From the NCBI RefSeq assembly GCF_000372725.1, contig NW_005201403.1, positions 62,001 to 126,000 on the forward strand: 64,000 nucleotides of DNA, read 5' to 3'. The DNA is from Emiliania huxleyi CCMP1516. Taxonomy: Eukaryota. The notes under the pieces are model-generated. The model was not told the DNA's origin, made no database searches, and saw nothing but the letters and a program-made list of their open reading frames with translations. Positions 59,684 through 64,000 of the stretch are shown one piece after another (position 1 is the first letter of the stretch; each line of letters opens with the position of its first letter). A program made the translations under genes and the position numbers.

Positions 59684-60691
59684 TCAACGCCGCCGCTTTT
59701 CACACGTGTGCGCGCGGTGCCTGCCCACGCAAGCGGGGCACGGCTTTGTGTTCTTTGGCTTTGCGATTCCCTTGCGGCGTCCAGCGGCCGCGGCGGACGG
59801 CAAGGCTGCAGCAGCACGTTGCGGCATGGAGCAGGCGGGCGGCGCGGCGGGCAGGTAGTCGGCAGGCGCCTCCGCGGCGGGTGCGCGTGTGCCGTCGAGC
59901 ACCTCCTCGAGGAAGGTGAGGGCGCTCTTTCTCATCTGGGCCTCGCCCGCGACGTGCATGACGCCCGCCAGCTGTGCGAATTGGACCCGCGCCCCCGCCT
60001 TGGACAGCTTTTGCCCCGCGAGGGTAGCGCACTCGAAGAGCACCTGCTCGTCGCCGCTGCTGTGCGAGATGAGCACCCGCGAGCCGGCAAGGCCGCCCGT
60101 CTTTGCGCTCCGCACGAGAGCCGCGCGTGCCCGCGGTGTCAGCCAGCCGGCCAGCAGCCCCCACCCGGCCAGCCGCGCCCCGAGCGTCAGCGCCGCCTCG
60201 GCCGCCAGCGCACCGCCCTGAGAGAAGCCGACAAGAGCAGTGCGCGAGGGAGGGACCCCCTCGGCCGCGAGCGCCTCGATGGCCCGGTGGACGCGTGCGA
60301 CGCTCTCGGCGTACCACCCCTTGGGGTCGCGGGTCTCGTAGTCGCGCGACCCCACCCGTACGGCGCCCGAGTCCAAGAAGTCTCCCCACGCCGGGTGCCG
60401 CATCTTTTCGTAGCAGGTGATTGGTCGCTCTGGCGCTCGCAGGTGCACCCACTTCCATCGCGGATGCCGCCGCCTTTCGGGCTCGAGCCGCATTGCCCAC
60501 GACTCGGGCGTGTCGTCCAGGCCGTGCAGCCAGATGACAGCGCCAGTCGCCCGGTCTCCCTTCAGCGGGCCAAAGATGATGTCGCGCGGGACGACTGGGG
60601 ATGACTCGTCGTAGGCCCAGAACCCTGCACCTACCTTGCAGGCGCGCGAAGGCTGTCGACCCTTTCTGCTTTGGCTCCTCGTGCTTGTCAT
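59684..60691 (-). CDS. Phospholipase/carboxylesterase (acyl-protein thioesterase-like, Abhydrolase_2)
   Basis: VIWLHGLDDT, APERPIT, VGFSQGGALA (nucleophile), HSSGDEQV (Asp), GVMH (His). Confidence 0.85.
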   Translation of the reverse strand: MTSTRSQSRKGRQPSRACKVGAGFWAYDESSPVVPRDIIFGPLKGDRATGAVIWLHGLDDTPESWAMRLEPERRRHPRWKWVHLRAPERPITCYEKMRHPAWGDFLDSGAVRVGSRDYETRDPKGWYAESVARVHRAIEALAAEGVPPSRTALVGFSQGGALAAEAALTLGARLAGWGLLAGWLTPRARAALVRSAKTGGLAGSRVLISHSSGDEQVLFECATLAGQKLSKAGARVQFAQLAGVMHVAGEAQMRKSALTFLEEVLDGTRAPAAEAPADYLPAAPPACSMPQRAAAALPSAAAAGRRKGIAKPKNTKPCPACVGRHRAHTCEKRRR

Positions 60692-61858
60692 GAAGGCTGT
60701 GGACCCGTTCTGCTTGTCTCCTTCGTCCTGGCGCCTTCGCGGAAAAAAGAACTCCCCCAGGTCAACGAGGAGGGCAGAGCTGCGACGAAAGGCGAGAGAA
60801 GCAGGCAAGCAGCGAGAGCGAGGGAGCGGCAGGCGGCGGCGCTAGCGCATCACACCCCTCTCCTTAAAATCCCTGTGTGGTGGCGGCGTGCCGTCCTCCC
60901 ATGCCTCTTGGTTTTTTTTCCCGCGGCTTTTCCCGCCTTCTAACCTGAGGGAGGGTGTAGAGGATGTAGAGTGTAGAGCGCTGTAGAGATGTAGAGATGT
61001 AGAGCGCTCTGGAGCGCTGTAGAGCTGTAGAGCTCTACATCCGCCATAGCGGGTCAGCAAGCCCTAAAACGGCGGGAAGGGTAGGGCTATATCGATAGAG
61101 CTAGAGAGCTCAACCACCCCTCCACCCCTCCACCCTCCACCCCTCCACCCTCCCGGAGCGAGAGGGGTCCGTCCTCGAGCCCTCCCACTTCCACCCCTCC
61201 GACCGGAGGGCTCGCCAGCCCACAGGGCTGGAGGGTCCCCGTCGGATCGGCGTCGGGAGGGCTCCACAGGGTCCCATAGGGCTAGCGCGCTGGGAGGGTG
61301 GAGCGGTCCACCGGGATTCCGGGAGGGAGAGGGATCAGGAGGGCTGGGCGAGGCGGGAGGGGTTGCGGGGTCCCAGGAGGGCTCGCCGCCCCCCGGCCCC
61401 CCCGAGCTCGGGTGATAGGCAAGAGGGCTCGGGCGCCGGGTGGGCTCGGAGGGACGGTCGGACAAAGGGAGGATCTTCGTGGCGGGAGGGCTCGAGAGGG
61501 GTCGGAAGGGCCTCCGGGAGGGGTAGCAAAAAAAGAATGGCGCGGATCTTCCGAGAAATAAATAAATAAATAAAAACGGACACCTCTCTACTGTGAGATG
61601 GGTAAAAATCTTCCGAGAGTGCCCGCCACAGTAGTAGCTATGAAAAAAAGCGAAACCGAGAAACGCAAAAACGGGTCCGATGCGCTGATGGAGATGGCAG
61701 CCACGCTTCGAAAGAAAAAATAAGGCCCGCTCTGCGGTGCGGTGTGTGTTTGCGAGTGACTGCTACCATCCTGCTTTTGGTTTTGCCGCACGAGGGACGG
61801 CTAGACTAATACGCGGCCGCACCACCACCTCTCGGCTGCGAAAGCGCCCAACGGCTCC

Positions 61859-63666
61859 TCACTTGAGGATACAGCCCAGCAGCCCGCCGCCGGACCAGGT
61901 CTGCGGCGTGAGCGTGAGCGCGAGCTGCTGCACCTGTGCGCCCTCGCCCATCCGCACGACGACCACGTCGATCGGCCGTCCGACCGACGCCTTGACGGCG
62001 GGCACGATCGACTCGGAGACGCCCCTGAAACCGGCGTGCAGCAGCGGGCCGAAGGCGATGATCGAGTCGCCCGTCCGCAGGCCAGCCGTCGCTGCGGGCG
62101 AGCCCGGGTAGACGTTCCCCACTTGGCACATGGAGCGCGCGTCCTTGAGCTGCGGCTTGAGGTCGACGAGCAGGTCGGGCCTAGAAGGGAGCCGCCAGTC
62201 ACGGAGCAGAGGCAGCGGTGCGGCGCGGCGTGACGAGCAGGGCGAGGCCGGCTCTGCTTGAGCGACTGGCCCAGCGCGAGGCCGGCGGGCGAGAGCTTGT
62301 TGCCTCCGAGCCGCAAGCTCGACAGCTCCATCGCACATCCCGACGCGACCGCTCTGCAGAGCACGTGCACCCCCGCGTCGCTCAGCCGGTTGAAGGCCAG
62401 GTCGAGCGTCTCGACGGCGCAGCGCGAGTGGTGCAGCGCCTGGCGAGAGGCGCGGAGAGGGGGTGAGGTGCAGAGGAAGGGAGGTGTGGCGAGGGGGGCG
62501 AGGCGTGTTAGCGGGGAGGGACGAAGGAGGGGTGAGTGCGCGATGGCCTGGATGAGCGGCTCGAGGTGCGAGTCCCGCAGCGAGCAGTTTGCGAGGCAGA
62601 CCTCTCGCTGCGCCTCTGGCTCCTGCCTCAGCCCTCGCAGCGCCGCCTCGAGGGCCGGCGGGAGCTTGTCCTCGCCCTCCTCCTCCTCGCCTGCACGCGG
62701 CACGGCCGCAGTGGCCGTCGGCGAGCGCGCGGGGCGGGGCGAGGGGAGGGGCGAGGGGCGTGGGCGAGGGGCGGGGCGAGGGGCGGGGCGGCGCGTGGTC
62801 GCGCGCCCGAGTCTGATCCGGCGGCGGGCTCTGCAGGCTTTGGCTGCGGAGGAGGCTGCTTGGCGGGGACGGTCGAGACGGCGATGGGCTTGGGGAGGGG
62901 GACGGCGACGGCGGGAGTCGCGTTCGGAGGGCGCGTCTCCGCCACCGCCTCCGCCTCCGGCCTCGCCTTCTCCGCCCGCACCTCCTCCTGCATCCGGAGC
63001 ATCGCCTCCTCGATGCAGCGCCTGACGGCAGCCACGCCCTGCTTGCGCATGGCGGTGGCGACGCCGCCGCTCGACTTGCAGGTGAACTCGCAGTCCAGGT
63101 CGTCGAGCATCGTGGCGCTCACCTGCGGCAGCGGCCGCCGCGTCGTCAAGCGACGGAGAGGAGGGCCAGAGCACTGGGGCCAGAGCACTGGGGCCAGAGC
63201 ACTAGGGCCAGAGCAGAGCCGAGGGCGGGGCACGCGAGGGGCCGAGGGGCGGCTCACGTCCGGCAGCTTCATGGAGCCCTTGCACGCCTCTCCGCCCTCG
63301 CCGTCGCTCGCCTCCCACTTGAGCTTGACCTCCAGGTCGTAGATGAGGAAGATCTTCCCCTTGCGGTTGTTGATGCTCGCCTCGCCCGTCACCTCGGCCG
63401 ACTTGACTCTGGCGAGCGCGATGGGCGGCTCAAAGGTGCACGCCTCGAGGCAGCGGATCAGCTCCTCCTTCGTGTTCTTCGACACGTCCTTGGACGTCCA
63501 GTGCCAATTGTTGCAGTTCCGACCGTCCTGCAGAGGCGAGGCGCCGGTGGACGGCCGGCGGCGTGCACGCGACGAGGCGGCCGGGGTTTAGGGGCCGGGG
63601 TCCGGGTCCACACACCTCCCGCTCTTTGACGATCCACCGCTGGTCGCCCTCGCCAAGCTTAGCCAT
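61859..63666 (-). CDS. Aha1 N-domain - RNI-like LRR - Nas2/PSMD9-type PDZ fusion protein (multi-exon)
   Basis: MAKLGEGDQRWIVKERE|DGRNCNNWHWTSKD...GEASINNRKGKIFLIYDL (Aha1_N); LDLAFNRLSDAGVHVL, LRLGGNKLSPAG (LRR); VYPGSPAATAGLRTGD...LTLTPQTWSGGGLLGCIL (PDZ). Confidence 0.75.
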
Positions 63667-64000
63667 TCCGTCGTAGGCAAATGTGGCCTGCTGCAAGCAA
63701 GTGGCCCGGCTGCGTGCAGCGGCGTTGGAAGAACTCGCGGCGGAAACCAAGCTAGAACACAACTAACGCTCTCACGTTTCAAGAGACACCGATTTTCTTT
63801 CTTTCTTCTGCGATGGCCGGATCGTTAAGCTGCGGGCTCGTCGACGTGTCCTATTGTCCTCCACTTGGGCTTCTTTCGCGCTCCTTGCTTCAAGGCCAAG
63901 CTCGAAAAGAAATCCGACGCGATCGCGGCCCGACTTGTTGGCTTGCCTCTGAGCGCCACCGCACAGACAGACAAGTCGCCACGGCACATGACGCGTGAAA

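Noticed and set aside
60944..61525. GTAGAG repeats and a GC-rich partly palindromic tract as a MITE
   Set aside because: Probably repetitive, but TIR and TSD boundaries could not be fixed by eye.
1..64000. tRNA, rRNA genes and the many overlapping Arg/Ala/Pro-rich ORFs
   Set aside because: No structural RNA was recognised by eye (a covariance-model search is needed); most listed ORFs are shadow frames expected at this GC content.

Overview
Very GC-rich eukaryotic genomic DNA with four assembly gaps. Short GC-AG/GT-AG introns filled with 10-11-bp minisatellites, interstitial TTAGGG arrays and poly-Pro surface proteins suggest a haptophyte alga, most likely Emiliania (Gephyrocapsa) huxleyi (inference from style, no search run). 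About 20 protein-coding genes or fragments can be read. They include a multi-pass membrane protein, a carbohydrate sulfotransferase, an FNBP4-like WW protein, DPH4, an LCM-type methyltransferase, a DUF6625-like protein, an HTTM-like protein, a CRAL-TRIO protein, an AlkB dioxygenase, AAR2, a chromo-SET-PHD-Tudor protein, a histidine phosphatase, an MpaB/DUF2236 oxygenase, an RCC1 fragment, two Pro-rich membrane proteins, an acyl-protein thioesterase and an Aha1N-LRR-PDZ fusion. Intergenic DNA is a mosaic of non-autonomous elements. The most notable signals are: (1) many ~70-78-nt introns begin with a copy of the start of their own downstream exon, followed by a simple-repeat or other filler ending in YAG, which looks like an intron-creation mechanism; (2) a miniature LTR retroelement with PBS, PPT and 5-bp TSD but CG...CG rather than TG...CA ends; (3) a three-layer nested DNA-transposon stack; (4) a family of 5'-variable modules that mostly end in (TTTC)nTTTACTAG. 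Exon boundaries were read by eye and are approximate unless stated.
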